Below are positions 10,042-20,272 of a DNA stretch of 64,000 nt, in pieces; within the stretch, counting starts at the first letter, position 1; the number at the start of each line of letters is the position of its first letter. Both the position numbers and the translations under genes were made by a program. The stretch spans positions 356 to 64,355 of the forward strand of contig JAPPIT010000225.1 in NCBI GenBank assembly GCA_028820505.1. Direction: 5' to 3'. The stretch is from Defluviicoccus sp. (lineage in GTDB: Bacteria > Pseudomonadota > Alphaproteobacteria > MPNO01). The notes beneath the pieces were generated by a model that was not told the DNA's origin, searched no databases, and was given only the letters and a program-made list of their open reading frames with translations.

Positions 10042-10578
10042 ATGTCGGACGACCGTCCCGGCGGGAAAGGCTGGCGCCGCGCCCTCGGCATCGCCTTCGA
10101 TTCGGTGCCCAGCGCGATCGCCGGCGCGCTGATCCTGGCCGGGGTCGCGATCATCTTCGCCAACGTCGTCAGCCGCTACCTGTTCTCGGCGGCGATCTTC
10201 TGGGCCGAGGAGATCCTCGTCTTCATGGTGGTCGGGCTGGTCGCGGTATCGGCCATCGCGGTCAGCTTCAACCGCGCCCATCTCAGCATGGACCTCCTGC
10301 TGGCCCGCGCCCGCGGCCGCCTCAAGCGCCTGATCGACGGCGCCATCGTGCTGGTTTTCGTCGCCTGCTGCGGCTTCGTGGTCGTGCAGTCGGTGGAGAT
10401 GGTCGCCGCATTCCACCGGACCGGCACGGTCAGCATCGCCGCGGGCGTACCGCTGGTGGTGCCGCACACCGTCCTGCTGATCGGTTTCGCGTTGATGATC
10501 GTTGCCGTGCTGGCCCGCATCCTTGCGGGGTTCCGCGCTCCGCCCGAGGACGAGGAGGACGAGACGTGGCGTGGGTAA
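10042..10578 (+). CDS. dctQ: TRAP transporter small permease DctQ
   Basis: 178 aa, four-TM small permease immediately upstream of and overlapping DctM. Confidence 0.8.
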   Translation: MSDDRPGGKGWRRALGIAFDSVPSAIAGALILAGVAIIFANVVSRYLFSAAIFWAEEILVFMVVGLVAVSAIAVSFNRAHLSMDLLLARARGRLKRLIDGAIVLVFVACCGFVVVQSVEMVAAFHRTGTVSIAAGVPLVVPHTVLLIGFALMIVAVLARILAGFRAPPEDEEDETWRG

Positions 10579-11837
10579 TGGTCGGATTGCCGGTGGCGCT
10601 GCTGCTGCTCGGCTTTCCGATATTCCTGATCCTCCTGACCACGTCCGCGATCGTGCTGATCTTCTTCGTCGACGTGCCGACGACGCTGATCCATCAGCAA
10701 ATGTTCGCTTCGATCGACAAGTTCGCGCTGCTCGCCGTGCCGTTCTTCATCTTCGCCGGCGACCTGATGACCCGCGGCGGCGTATCGGCCCGGCTGATCG
10801 ACTGGGTGAACTCGATCATCGGCGGCGTACGCGGCAGCCTGCCGCTGACCGCGCTCGGGACGGCGACGATCTTCGGCGCGATCTCCGGTTCGACCGGCGC
10901 TACGGTGGCCGCCGTCGGCACGCTCACCTACAAGCCGCTCCGCGACGCGGGCTACGACGCGCGGTTCGCCTCCGGCATGCTGACCTCGGCGGGGGCTATC
11001 GCCAACATCATCCCGCCCTCGATCGCCATGATCCTCTACGGCTTCGCGACCGAGACCTCGGTGGTCCAGCTGTTCGCCGCCGGGATCGTCCCGGGGCTCG
11101 TGCTTGCCGCCGCTTTCGGGATCTACATCTACTTTTACGTCGGGCGGACCGGCATCCCGGTCGCGGGCGCCGTCACCTGGCGCGGCTTCACCCGCGCCAC
11201 CGCCCGGTCGGGCTGGGCGCTCGGGGCACCGGTCATCATCCTGGGCGGCATCTATGCCGGGGTGTTCTCGCCCACCGAGGCCGCGGGCGTCGCCTGCGTC
11301 TACGCGATATTCGTGACCATGGCGGTCTACCGCGAGATCGCGCCGCGCGAACTGTTCCGGACCGCGGCCAATTCGGCGTTCCTCACCGGGCAGGTCTTCA
11401 TCATCGTCGCCGCCGCCGGCGTCTATTCATGGCTCTTGACGGTGACCGGAGTCGCCACCGTCGCGACCGACTACATCGCCGGGCTCGGCATGCCGCAATG
11501 GATGCTGCTGCTGGTGCTGAACCTGTTCATGCTGTTCGTGGGCACGGTGCTCGACACCGCCTCGGCGATCCTCGTTCTGACGCCGCTGCTCGCCGACATC
11601 GCGCTCGCCGTCGGGGTGCACCCGGTCCATTTCGGCATCGTCGCCGTCGTGAACCTCACCATCGGTACCTTCACGCCCCCCTTCGGCCTCAACATCTTCG
11701 TCGGCCAGGCGGTTTTCCGGGTTCCGCTCGCCACGCTTTATCCGGGTCTGCTCCCGTTCATCGCGCTCGCCATCGCGGCGCTCATGCTGATCACCTACGT
11801 GCCCGACCTCTCGCTCTGGATACTGGAATTCATCTGA
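10566..11837 (+). CDS. dctM: TRAP transporter large permease DctM
   Basis: 423 aa polytopic membrane protein with DctM hallmarks (FFIFAGDLM, GSTGATVAAVG). Confidence 0.85.
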   Translation: MAWVMVGLPVALLLLGFPIFLILLTTSAIVLIFFVDVPTTLIHQQMFASIDKFALLAVPFFIFAGDLMTRGGVSARLIDWVNSIIGGVRGSLPLTALGTATIFGAISGSTGATVAAVGTLTYKPLRDAGYDARFASGMLTSAGAIANIIPPSIAMILYGFATETSVVQLFAAGIVPGLVLAAAFGIYIYFYVGRTGIPVAGAVTWRGFTRATARSGWALGAPVIILGGIYAGVFSPTEAAGVACVYAIFVTMAVYREIAPRELFRTAANSAFLTGQVFIIVAAAGVYSWLLTVTGVATVATDYIAGLGMPQWMLLLVLNLFMLFVGTVLDTASAILVLTPLLADIALAVGVHPVHFGIVAVVNLTIGTFTPPFGLNIFVGQAVFRVPLATLYPGLLPFIALAIAALMLITYVPDLSLWILEFI

Positions 11838-11874
11838 GCGACTTCGCGACCGTACCGGACGACCGCCCGGCCCC

Positions 11875-12336
11875 CTACAACGGCAGCGCCGTCGAGTACT
11901 TCACCTGGTTCAACGCGAAGCTCGACTTGATGCTGGCGACGCCGGGGACGCGGGTCAGATGCTCCTTGAGGAAGCGCTCGTAGGCGGTGAGGTCGGAGAC
12001 CACGACGCGCAGCAGGTAGTCGGCATCGCCGGTCATCAGGTAGCACTCCATCACCTCGGGCCGGCCCTGGATCGCGGTCTCGAAAGTCTCCAGCGCCTGC
12101 TCGATCTGGCGCTCCAGCGTCACCTGCACGAAGACCGAGATCGGCAGCCCCACCGCGGCGGCTTCGAGCAGCGCGGCATAGCCCTTGACGACGCCCTCGC
12201 GTTCCAGCGCGCGCACCCGGCGCAGGCAGGGGGAGGGGGAGAGCCCCACCGCGTCGGCCAGCGCGGCGTTGGAGATCCGCGCGTCGGCCTGGAGCTCGGT
12301 CAGGATTCGGCGGTCGATCGCATCGAGATCTGTCAT
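11875..12336 (-). CDS. Lrp/AsnC family transcriptional regulator
   Basis: 153 aa; HTH (ISNAALADAVGLSPSPCLRRVRALE) plus RAM domain; divergent from the E1 gene with AT-rich intergenic region. Confidence 0.85.
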   Translation of the reverse strand: MTDLDAIDRRILTELQADARISNAALADAVGLSPSPCLRRVRALEREGVVKGYAALLEAAAVGLPISVFVQVTLERQIEQALETFETAIQGRPEVMECYLMTGDADYLLRVVVSDLTAYERFLKEHLTRVPGVASIKSSFALNQVKYSTALPL

Positions 12337-12472
12337 TGGCAGAACCTGCCTCCGTTACCGCAATAAATTTTCATTCATTGCGCGATTACCGCATTTCACG
12401 GCTGTCTTCGCAACATAATTCGGACGAGGCCGGCCTATACTGGCCCCGTTCCGCCGCTTCCGGGAGCGAGCG

Positions 12473-14899
12473 ATGTCCAGCCTGCCCGCCAAGATCGCGT
12501 CGGAGCCGGAGAGCCCGCCGGCCGACCGCCGCACGATCCTCGCCGCGCTCGAACGCAAGGTGCTGTGGCTCGCGTCCTGGACGATCCACAACGCCAACCA
12601 CCTCAGGCCCTCGCGCGACGGGCTCAAGGTAGGCGGGCACCAGGCGTCCTGCTCGTCGCTGACGGCGATCATGACGGCGCTCTATTTCGACGTGCTGCGG
12701 CCCGAGGACCGGGTGGCGGTGAAGCCCCACGCGGCGCCCGTCTTCCATGCCATCCAGTATCTGTTCGGGCGCGAGAGCCGCGAGCGGCTGGAACGCTTCC
12801 GCAGCCTCGGCGGCGCGCAGTCCTACCCGTCGCGCACCAAGGACGACGACGACGTCGATTTCTCGACCGGCTCGGTCGGGCTGGGCGCGGCGCAGACCGT
12901 GTTCGCGGCGCTGGTCCAGGACTATCTCGCCTGCAAGGGAAAGATCGACGCGGGCGACGCCGGGCGGATGATCGCGCTGGTGGGCGACGCCGAGCTCGAC
13001 GAGGGCAACGTCTTCGAAGCCCTGCTGGAGAGCTGGAAGCACGACGTGCGGAACCTCTGGTGGGTGGTCGACTACAACCGCCAGAGCCTCGATTCGGTGG
13101 TCTCCGACCGGTTGTTCGGGCGCATCGACGAGCTGTTCCGCTCGGTCGGCTGGCGGGTGCTCACGCTCAAATACGGCCGCCTGCAGGAGGCCGCCTTCGC
13201 CGAGCCGGGCGGCGAGGCGCTGCGGACCTGGATCGACGACTGCCCGAACTCGCTCTACTCGGCGCTGACCTACAAGGGCGGCGCGGGCTGGCGCGAGCGG
13301 CTGGCGCACGACATCGGCGGCGACAGGGACGTGCGCGCGCTGCTGGAGCGGCGCGACGACGACGCGCTGCACGCGCTGATGACCAACCTCGCCGGCAACG
13401 ACATCGACTCTCTGCTCGACGCCTTCCACGACATCGGCGACGACCGGCCGACCTGCCTGATCTGCTACACCACCAAGGGTTACGGCCTGCCCTTCGCCGG
13501 GCACAAGGACAACCATGCCGGGCTGATGACGCCCGAACAGATGGAGATTTTCCGCGCGGAGATGGGGGTCGCGCCGGGCGCGGAGTGGGACCGCTTCGCC
13601 GGGCTCGACATTCCGCGCGAGGAGATGGAGGCGTTCCTCGCCGCGGCGCCCTTCGCGTCGGCCTATCCGAGGCGGCACGCGGCGGCGCGGATCACGGTGC
13701 CGGAGCGGATCGACCCGCCCGACCGGGCGACGATCTCCACCCAGGACGGGTTCGGGCGCATCCTGAACGACATCGCGCGGGGAGGGGGAGAGCTCGCGGA
13801 CCGGATCGTCACCACCTCGCCCGACGTGGCGGTCTCCACCAATCTCGGGCCGTGGGTCAACCGGCGCGGCATCTTCAGCCGAGACGAGGCCGCCGACACC
13901 TATGCCGAGGAGGACGTGCTGTCGCCGCAGCGCTGGGCGATGTCGCCCGCCGGTCAGCATGTCGAGCTCGGCATCGCGGAGAACAACCTGTTCCTGACGC
14001 TTTCGGCCTTCGGGCTCGCCGGGCCGGTGTTCGGCGAGCGGCTGCTGCCCGTCGGCACGCTCTACGACCCGTTCATCCGGCGCGGGCTCGATGCGCTCCA
14101 CTATGCCTGCTACCAGGACGCGCGGTTCATGCTGGTGGCGACGCCGTCCGGCATCACGCTGGCGCCCGAGGGCGGCGCGCACCAGTCGCAGGAGACCCCG
14201 CTGATCACGCTGGGCCAGGCCGGGCTCGCCGCCTTCGAGCCCGCCTTCGCCGACGAGCTCGCCGAGATCATGGCCTGGGGATTCCGGCACATGCAGGCGG
14301 ACGGCGGCGGCTCGGTCGCGCTCCGCCTGTCGACCCGCGCGATCGCCCAGCCCCGGCGTCGCGACGACGAGGATTGGCGGGAAGGCGCGATCCGGGGCGC
14401 CTACTGGCGGGCCGGGCCGTGCTGCGACGGCGCCCCGCTCGCGGTCGCCTATATGGGGGCGATGGCGCCGGAGGCCGAGGCGGCGGTCGATGCGCTGCGC
14501 GAGGACATTCCCGACGTGGGGCTCCTCGCCATCGTCTCGCCCGACCGCTTGCACGAGGACTGGATCCGCGCCCGCCAGGCCCGCGTCGCCGGCGATTCCG
14601 GGCGCACCGCCCCGATCGAGCGGCTGCTCGCTCGGCTCGCGCCCGACGCCGCGATCGTCACCGTGCTCGACGGCCACCCGGCAGCGCTCTCCTGGCTCGG
14701 CTCGGTCGCCGGGCACCGCATCTACCCGCTCGGCGTCGATTCGTTCGGCCAGTCGGGCGACATCCCCGACCTCCACGCCGCCTACCGCATCGACGTCGAC
14801 GCAATCCTCGACGCCACCGCCCGCGCCGCAATCCGCCGCTACCGCCCGCCCACCGCCGACCTATCGGCCGGCACGCTCATTATTGAAAACGATTCTTAA
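12473..14899 (+). CDS. pyruvate/2-oxoacid dehydrogenase E1 component, homodimeric (AceE-like) TPP enzyme
   Basis: 808 aa; colinear with E. coli AceE (LGGHQASCSS vs LGGHMASFQSS; GDAELDEG; WVVDYNRQSLD); no E2/E3 genes adjacent. Confidence 0.8.
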   Translation: MSSLPAKIASEPESPPADRRTILAALERKVLWLASWTIHNANHLRPSRDGLKVGGHQASCSSLTAIMTALYFDVLRPEDRVAVKPHAAPVFHAIQYLFGRESRERLERFRSLGGAQSYPSRTKDDDDVDFSTGSVGLGAAQTVFAALVQDYLACKGKIDAGDAGRMIALVGDAELDEGNVFEALLESWKHDVRNLWWVVDYNRQSLDSVVSDRLFGRIDELFRSVGWRVLTLKYGRLQEAAFAEPGGEALRTWIDDCPNSLYSALTYKGGAGWRERLAHDIGGDRDVRALLERRDDDALHALMTNLAGNDIDSLLDAFHDIGDDRPTCLICYTTKGYGLPFAGHKDNHAGLMTPEQMEIFRAEMGVAPGAEWDRFAGLDIPREEMEAFLAAAPFASAYPRRHAAARITVPERIDPPDRATISTQDGFGRILNDIARGGGELADRIVTTSPDVAVSTNLGPWVNRRGIFSRDEAADTYAEEDVLSPQRWAMSPAGQHVELGIAENNLFLTLSAFGLAGPVFGERLLPVGTLYDPFIRRGLDALHYACYQDARFMLVATPSGITLAPEGGAHQSQETPLITLGQAGLAAFEPAFADELAEIMAWGFRHMQADGGGSVALRLSTRAIAQPRRRDDEDWREGAIRGAYWRAGPCCDGAPLAVAYMGAMAPEAEAAVDALREDIPDVGLLAIVSPDRLHEDWIRARQARVAGDSGRTAPIERLLARLAPDAAIVTVLDGHPAALSWLGSVAGHRIYPLGVDSFGQSGDIPDLHAAYRIDVDAILDATARAAIRRYRPPTADLSAGTLIIENDS

Positions 14900-14966
14900 C
14901 CGCATTGACAACGATTCTCAATTGGCTCAAAATGAGTTCGATTATGGCGAGACGGCGTTCGATACC

Positions 14967-15149
14967 ATGTATGTCTGCATTTGCAACCGCTACAGGGAGT
15001 GCGAGATCAGGGATCTCGCGGCAGAGGGTGCGCGCTCGCCGGAGGAGGCCTATTCGGTGCTCGGCAACGGACCGCGATGCGGGCGCTGCCTGCCGTTTGC
15101 CCGGCAGGTGATGGATGAGGTCTCGGCGGCGGAGGCCGTTTCGCGCTGA
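14967..15149 (+). CDS. bfd: bacterioferritin-associated ferredoxin (Bfd, [2Fe-2S])
   Basis: 60 aa MYVCICNRYRECEIRD...CGRC; only the C-terminal part of the 219-aa ORF is protein-like; convergent with bfr 4 nt away. Confidence 0.7.
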   Translation: MYVCICNRYRECEIRDLAAEGARSPEEAYSVLGNGPRCGRCLPFARQVMDEVSAAEAVSR

Positions 15150-15153
15150 CTCC

Positions 15154-15621
15154 TCACTCGCTGTGCATCTGAATGAAGTTCTCGAGTCCCATCCGCTCGA
15201 TCAGGCCGAGCTGGGTCTCCAGCCAGTCGACATGCTCCTCCTCGCCCTCGAGGATATCCTCCAGCAGCTCGCGGGAGATGTAGTCCGCATCCTCCTCGCA
15301 GGCGGCGATCGCGTCGCGGACCAGCGGGATCGCCAGCCGCTCCAGCCGGAGGTCGCATTCGAGGATTTCCTGCGTCGACTCGCCGATCATCAGCCTGCCG
15401 ATATCCTGCAGATTGGGCAGCCCTTCGAGGAACAGGATGCGCTCGACGAGCGAGTCCGCGTGGCGCATCTCGTCGAGCGATTCGTCGTATTCGTGCTTGG
15501 CGAGCCCCGAGATCCCCCAGTTCTTCAGCATCCGCGAATGCAGGAAATACTGGTTGATCGCGGTGAGCTCGTTCAGAAGCACCCGGTTCAGACAGTCGAT
15601 GACCCGCTCGCTTCCCTGCAT
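15154..15621 (-). CDS. bfr: bacterioferritin
   Basis: 155 aa from MQGSERVIDCLNRVLLNELTAINQYFLHSRM; ferroxidase-centre residues conserved. Confidence 0.9.
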   Translation of the reverse strand: MQGSERVIDCLNRVLLNELTAINQYFLHSRMLKNWGISGLAKHEYDESLDEMRHADSLVERILFLEGLPNLQDIGRLMIGESTQEILECDLRLERLAIPLVRDAIAACEEDADYISRELLEDILEGEEEHVDWLETQLGLIERMGLENFIQMHSE

Positions 15622-15701
15622 GCCCTCGTCCTTCGCTTGCCCTCTCCGGACGCGCCGATTATACCATGGCGCCGCCCGCACGAGAACGCTCCGCCCCGGG
15701 C

Positions 15702-15786
15702 GCGGGCGTGGTGGAACTGGTAGACACGCCGGATTTAGGATCCGGTGGCGCAAGCCTTGGGGGTTCGAGTCCCTCCGCCCGCACCA
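15702..15786 (+). tRNA. tRNA-Leu (anticodon TAG)
   Basis: 85-nt class II tRNA: acceptor GCGGGCG/CGCCCGC, anticodon loop TTTAGGA, long variable arm, GGTTCGAGTCC T-arm, CCA encoded. Confidence 0.8.
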
Positions 15787-15824
15787 TGGCCGCCCGCGCC
15801 GCGGCCCCCAACGACGAGACACGC

Positions 15825-17165
15825 ATGCAGGTTACCGAGATCAGCGCCGAAGGGCTCAAGCGCGAGTACAGGATCAGCGTCCCCGCCGCCGACATCGAGG
15901 GCAAGCTGGTCGCGCGGCTCAACGAGGTCGGCCGCGAGGTGCGGGTGCCCGGCTTCCGCGCCGGCAAGGTGCCGCTCGCCGTGCTGCGCACGCGCTTCGG
16001 CGACGCGGTCAAGGGCGAGGTCCTCCAGGCGACGATCGAGGACGCGACCTCCAGCGCGATCGAGGACGAGGGCGTCCGGCCCGCGATGCAGCCCGAGATC
16101 GGCGACCTCAAGTTCGAGGACGGCGCGGATCTCGAATACACGCTCAACCTCGAGCTCATGCCCGAGATCGAGCCGGTCGACTTCGCCGCGCTCGAGCTCG
16201 AACGCATGGTCGTCCGGGCGGAGGACGACAAGGTCGACGAGGCGCTCGGCCGCATCGCCGAGCAGCACCGGCATTTCAGCCCGGCGGAGGAGGGGGCCGA
16301 GGCGAAGGACGGCGACGAGGTCGCGATCGACTTCGTCGGCAGCATCGGCGGCGAGCCCTTCGAGGGCGGCGCCGCCGAGGGCTTCGTGCTGCGGCTGGGC
16401 TCGGGCCAGTTCGTCCCGGGCTTCGAGGAACAGCTCCTCGGCGTGAAAGAAGGCGAGGAAAAGACCGTCGAGATCGATTTTCCGGAGGACTATCCGAACG
16501 ACGCGCTGAAGGGCAATAAGGCGAGCTTCGCGGTTACCGTCAAGGAACTCCGGAGCCCGGACGACACGCTCGTCGACGACGAGCTCGCCAAGCATGTCGG
16601 GTTCGACGACCTCGAATCCCTCAAGGCGACCGTCAGGGGCGAGATCGAGGGCCAGTACGAGCGCATCGCGCGCGACCGGCTCAAGCGCTCGCTGCTCGAC
16701 AAGCTCGCCGATTCGTACAGCTTCGAGCTGCCGCCCGGCATGGTCGAACGGGAGTTCGAGACGATCTGGAGCCAGGTCGAGCAGGCCCGGGAGAAGGACG
16801 AGCTCGACGACGAGGACAAGGCGCTGTCCGACGACGATCTGCGCGCGCGCTACCGCGGCATCGCCGAGCGCCGGGTGCGGCTCGCGCTGCTCCTCTCCGA
16901 GGTCGGCCGGGAGAACAACATCCGCGTGACCGAGGACGAGATGACCCGCGCGGTGGCCGAACAGGCGCGCATGTTCCAGGGGCGCGAGCCCGAGATCTAC
17001 GAGTTCTACCAGAACAACCCGGAAGCCATGCAGTCCCTGCAGGCGCCGATCTTCGAGGACAAGGTGGTAGACTTCATCGTGGAGATGGCGCAGGTGACCG
17101 ACCGGACGGTCGGCATCGATGAGCTCGCGGCGGAGCCGGAAGACGGCGCGGACGCGGCGGAATAG
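15825..17165 (+). CDS. tig: trigger factor
   Basis: 446 aa from [15 protein letters not shown]; directly upstream of clpP. Confidence 0.9.
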   Translation: MQVTEISAEGLKREYRISVPAADIEGKLVARLNEVGREVRVPGFRAGKVPLAVLRTRFGDAVKGEVLQATIEDATSSAIEDEGVRPAMQPEIGDLKFEDGADLEYTLNLELMPEIEPVDFAALELERMVVRAEDDKVDEALGRIAEQHRHFSPAEEGAEAKDGDEVAIDFVGSIGGEPFEGGAAEGFVLRLGSGQFVPGFEEQLLGVKEGEEKTVEIDFPEDYPNDALKGNKASFAVTVKELRSPDDTLVDDELAKHVGFDDLESLKATVRGEIEGQYERIARDRLKRSLLDKLADSYSFELPPGMVEREFETIWSQVEQAREKDELDDEDKALSDDDLRARYRGIAERRVRLALLLSEVGRENNIRVTEDEMTRAVAEQARMFQGREPEIYEFYQNNPEAMQSLQAPIFEDKVVDFIVEMAQVTDRTVGIDELAAEPEDGADAAE

Positions 17166-17191
17166 ACCGATCGAGGGAGGGTCCGGCCGGC

Positions 17192-17842
17192 ATGAGGGAC
17201 CGCAACGACGTTACCATGAACGCGCTGATCCCGATGGTGGTCGAGCAGACCAACCGGGGCGAGCGGGCCTACGACATCTTCTCGCGGTTGCTCAAGGAGC
17301 GGATCATCTTCCTGATCGGCGGGGTCGACGATGCCGTCGCGTCGCTGATCTGCGCCCAGATGCTCTATCTCGAATCCGAGAACCCGACCAAGGACATCGC
17401 GTTCTACATCAACTCGCCGGGCGGGCTGGTGACCTCGGGGCTCGCGGTCTACGACACCATGCAGTACATCCGCCCGGAGATCTCGACGGTCTGCATCGGC
17501 CAGGCGGCGTCGATGGGCTCGCTGCTGCTGTCGGCCGGCGCCAAGGGCAAGCGCTATTCGCTGCCGCATGCGCGGATCATGGTGCATCAGCCCTCGGGCG
17601 GGTTCCAGGGTCAGGCGACCGACATCGAGATCCACGCCCGCGAGATCCTCACGCTCAGGGGCCGCCTCAACCAGATCTATGTCGAGCACACCGGCCAGGA
17701 CATCGGCACCATCGAGGAGGCGATGGAGCGCGACAAGTTCCTCTCGCCGGAGGACGCGAAGGAATTCGGCCTGATCGACGAGGTGGTCACCAGCCGCCCG
17801 GTCCCCGACGCCGCGGCGGAGGCCGCGGGCGGAGGGAGTTAG
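17192..17842 (+). CDS. clpP: ATP-dependent Clp protease proteolytic subunit
   Basis: Catalytic motifs GQAASMGS and MVHQPSGG; canonical tig-clpP linkage. Confidence 0.9.
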   Translation: MRDRNDVTMNALIPMVVEQTNRGERAYDIFSRLLKERIIFLIGGVDDAVASLICAQMLYLESENPTKDIAFYINSPGGLVTSGLAVYDTMQYIRPEISTVCIGQAASMGSLLLSAGAKGKRYSLPHARIMVHQPSGGFQGQATDIEIHAREILTLRGRLNQIYVEHTGQDIGTIEEAMERDKFLSPEDAKEFGLIDEVVTSRPVPDAAAEAAGGGS

Positions 17843-17874
17843 AGGCGGGGCGGCAGCCGCTCGCCGCCCTCTCA

Positions 17875-17938
17875 CCCGTCATGGTCGAGAGAGGCCGGCC
17901 GTCCACGGGATTTTCCTTGTGGAGGACGACCATGACGA
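17875..17938. repeat. REP/MITE-like element, family 2 (arms CGTCATGGTCG / CGACCATGACG around a 40-nt spacer)
   Basis: Inverted 11-bp arms identical to the arms of palindromes at 51673 and 56677; lies after a GC hairpin downstream of clpP. Confidence 0.4.
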
Positions 17939-18063
17939 GACCGCGCAAGGGCTCCGCCCGGCTGCCGTCGAGCCCTGCGATCGAAAACGACAACTCCCAG
18001 ACCATCCGGTCCCGAAGACGGGGTAAGGTCACGTAGCGAACGCGACGGCCAGGGGAGAATCGA

Positions 18064-19590
18064 ATGCGGACACTGATTCGCGGCGGTTGGGTGGTCGGGC
18101 ATTCCGGCACCACACATACGCTGATCCGTGACGGGGTGGTGGTTTACGAGGACGATACGATCGTCCATGTCGGCGCGGACTTCGACGGCCACGTCGACCG
18201 CGAGATCGATGCGGCTTCCAGGCTGGTCTCGCCCGGCTTTATCGACACGCACATCCATTCCGGTCACCGCGCCGCGCATCGGCTGATCACCGATGCGGGG
18301 CGGCCCGAGTATTTCGGCCAGCCCTTCTTCGAGACCCTGCCGGCCCGCCGCGGCCGCCCCCACGGCGGCGACGCCGGCGACTGGGTCAAGCGGGCGGGCG
18401 AGGACGAGGCGGCTGCCCAGCGCCGTATCGACGCGGCGACGTATACGGTCGCCGAGCTGCTGCGCAACGGCACGACGACCTTCATGGATTTCGGCGCGCA
18501 GCTGCCGATGCAGCAAGCGCTGCTCGCCGAATCGGAGCGACTCGGCATCCGCGCCTATCTGGCGCCATCCTACGCCTCCGCCGACTGGGTGGGCGGGGAA
18601 GACGGCCGTCTCGTGCGCGACTGGGACGAGGAGAAGGGGCGACGCGGATTGCATGCGGCGATCGAGTTCATCGACGAGCACGCCGGCGCGGCCAACGGGC
18701 GCATCCGCGGGATCCTGATCCCGTTCACCACCGAATTGATGTCGCTCGAGCTGCTGCGCGAGACCCGCAAGGCGGCGGACTCCCTCGGCGTGCCGGTTTC
18801 GATCCACGCGGCCTACAACGTGGTCGAGTTCTTCCAGATCGTGACCGAGCACGGCATGACCCCGATCGAGCTGCTGGACTCGGTCGGGCTCTGCGCATCC
18901 GACGTGCTGATCGGGCACGGTAATTTCGTCGCCGAGAATCCGCGGATGAACTACCCGGCCGGGCGCGACCTCGAGCTGATGGCCGAAGGCGGCGCGACGG
19001 TGTCGCATTGCCCGATCAACCTCGCCCGACGGGGCCGCTATCTCGACAGCTGGGCAACCTACAGGAAGGCGGGCGTCAACGTCGCGCTGGGCAGCGACAC
19101 CTTTCCGCGCGACATGATCATGAACATGCGGTGCGCTTCGCTGGTCGGCAAGATCATGAGCGGAAGCTTCCTGGAGGCGACGGCGGCGGAAGTGTTCGAG
19201 GCCGCCACCGTCAACGCCACCCGCGTCCTCCGCCGCGACGATCTCGGCCGACTCGCGCCTGGCGCCAAGGCCGATATCGCCATCATCGACATCTCCGGCC
19301 GCGGCACGTTGCGTTACGGCCCGGTGCGCGACCCGATCAAGAGCCTGGTCGACGTCGGCGTTGGCGACGACGTCGATACCGTGATCGTCGACGGGATCGT
19401 GCGTGTCGAGGGTGGCCGGGTCGACGGTGTCGACATGGCGGAAGTCCACCGGTTCGGCCAGGAGGATGCCGAGCGGCTGTGGGGCGGATGGCGCAACTGG
19501 GACGTTGCCGAACGGACCGCCGAGGAGGCGAGCCCATGGTCGTTCCCGCTCTCCGGCCGATCGCGGCGGGCACCGTCGGACTGCGCCTGA
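18064..19590 (+). CDS. amidohydrolase family protein (chlorohydrolase/deaminase-like metallo-hydrolase)
   Basis: 508 aa; N-terminal metal-binding HIH motif (GFIDTHIHSGH), amidohydrolase_1 fold; stop codon lies inside the direct repeat at 19578. Confidence 0.75.
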   Translation: MRTLIRGGWVVGHSGTTHTLIRDGVVVYEDDTIVHVGADFDGHVDREIDAASRLVSPGFIDTHIHSGHRAAHRLITDAGRPEYFGQPFFETLPARRGRPHGGDAGDWVKRAGEDEAAAQRRIDAATYTVAELLRNGTTTFMDFGAQLPMQQALLAESERLGIRAYLAPSYASADWVGGEDGRLVRDWDEEKGRRGLHAAIEFIDEHAGAANGRIRGILIPFTTELMSLELLRETRKAADSLGVPVSIHAAYNVVEFFQIVTEHGMTPIELLDSVGLCASDVLIGHGNFVAENPRMNYPAGRDLELMAEGGATVSHCPINLARRGRYLDSWATYRKAGVNVALGSDTFPRDMIMNMRCASLVGKIMSGSFLEATAAEVFEAATVNATRVLRRDDLGRLAPGAKADIAIIDISGRGTLRYGPVRDPIKSLVDVGVGDDVDTVIVDGIVRVEGGRVDGVDMAEVHRFGQEDAERLWGGWRNWDVAERTAEEASPWSFPLSGRSRRAPSDCA

Positions 19591-19616
19591 CGGCAACGAC
19601 GGCAACCTGACCGGCA
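19551..19616. repeat. imperfect direct repeat, copy 1 (core 19578..19616), homologous to the 3' end of the SMR gene
   Basis: GGACTGCGCCTGACGGCAACGACGGCAACCTGACCG vs 20240..20278 GGACTGCGCCTGACGACAACGACTGCGACCTGACCG (about 34/38 identical); similarity extends ~27 bp upstream. Confidence 0.6.
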
Positions 19617-19942
19617 GACCCCGCCTTACCCTGACCCGCTCCCGGCGAGGAGAGGATGGGCCGGGCCGCCGCGGTCAGACAGGCCCTAACAGGCCGCTGA
19701 AAAACTCGCCACGCGCGGCCGGTTTGATGGGCTTGGCGGGTTTTCTCGGGTTATTGGTGGAGCGGTTTGGGGTTGGCGCCTCGGCGATGAGCAAAGAAGG
19801 TGGCTCCGCAGAGTTGATCGTTCACTCCCCGGTCGAAGGCGAAACGCGCGCCGCGGTCCCCTGTACAATGAGCCGTTCCGGCCGGCGGAAACGCATTCGA
19901 GCGCCGACGTCGATTCCAGCAACGGGGCGGAGGCCAGAAGCG

Positions 19943-20272
19943 ATGAGTGCCTGGATGTTCCTGACGGTCGCCATTGCGCTGGAGGTGGTCGGCACGGTCT
20001 TCCTCAAACTGTCGAACGGCTTCGAGAAGTGGCACTGGGGGGCGCTCTCCATCCTCTGCTACGTTTGCTGCTTCTGGGCATTCGCGCCGGCGCTCAAGAC
20101 GATCCCGGTCGGCGTCGCGTACGCCCTGTGGGCGGGCATCGGCATCCTGGCGGTGACGTTGATCGGGTTCGCGGTGTTTCGTGAACAGCTCGGGGCGGTT
20201 CAGCTCGTCTTCATCGCGCTGATCGCCGTCGGCGCCATCGGACTGCGCCTGACGACAACGACTGCGACCTGA
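19943..20272 (+). CDS. SMR family multidrug efflux transporter (EmrE/Qac-like)
   Basis: 109 aa, 4 TM; conserved membrane Glu (IALEVVG), CY..CFW motif as in EmrE; preceded by an unexplained ~330-nt leader. Confidence 0.85.
   Translation: MSAWMFLTVAIALEVVGTVFLKLSNGFEKWHWGALSILCYVCCFWAFAPALKTIPVGVAYALWAGIGILAVTLIGFAVFREQLGAVQLVFIALIAVGAIGLRLTTTTAT

Noticed and set aside
8764-10467. 567-aa minus-strand ORF
   Set aside because: Antisense to dctP/dctQ.
12386-14886. 796-aa minus ORF and 773-aa alternative plus-frame ORF
   Set aside because: Shadow frames of the AceE-like gene.
14490-14966. N-terminal 159 codons of ORF 14490..15149
   Set aside because: Pro/Ser/Thr-rich translation overlapping the E1 gene 3' end; only the last 60 codons (Bfd) are protein-like.
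17848-17869. GC hairpin GGGCGGCAGCCGCTCGCCGCCC after clpP as a rho-independent terminator
   Set aside because: No U-run follows; the function may instead belong to the adjacent REP-like element. Not called as a feature.
19591-19942. Possible guanidine riboswitch (ykkC, mini-ykkC, ykkC-III) in the long SMR leader
   Set aside because: The SMR protein looks like the EmrE/Qac subtype (CY..CFW motif) rather than Gdx/SugE, and I could not recognise any of the three guanidine riboswitch consensus sequences by eye. The leader is left unexplained; an Rfam scan would settle it.
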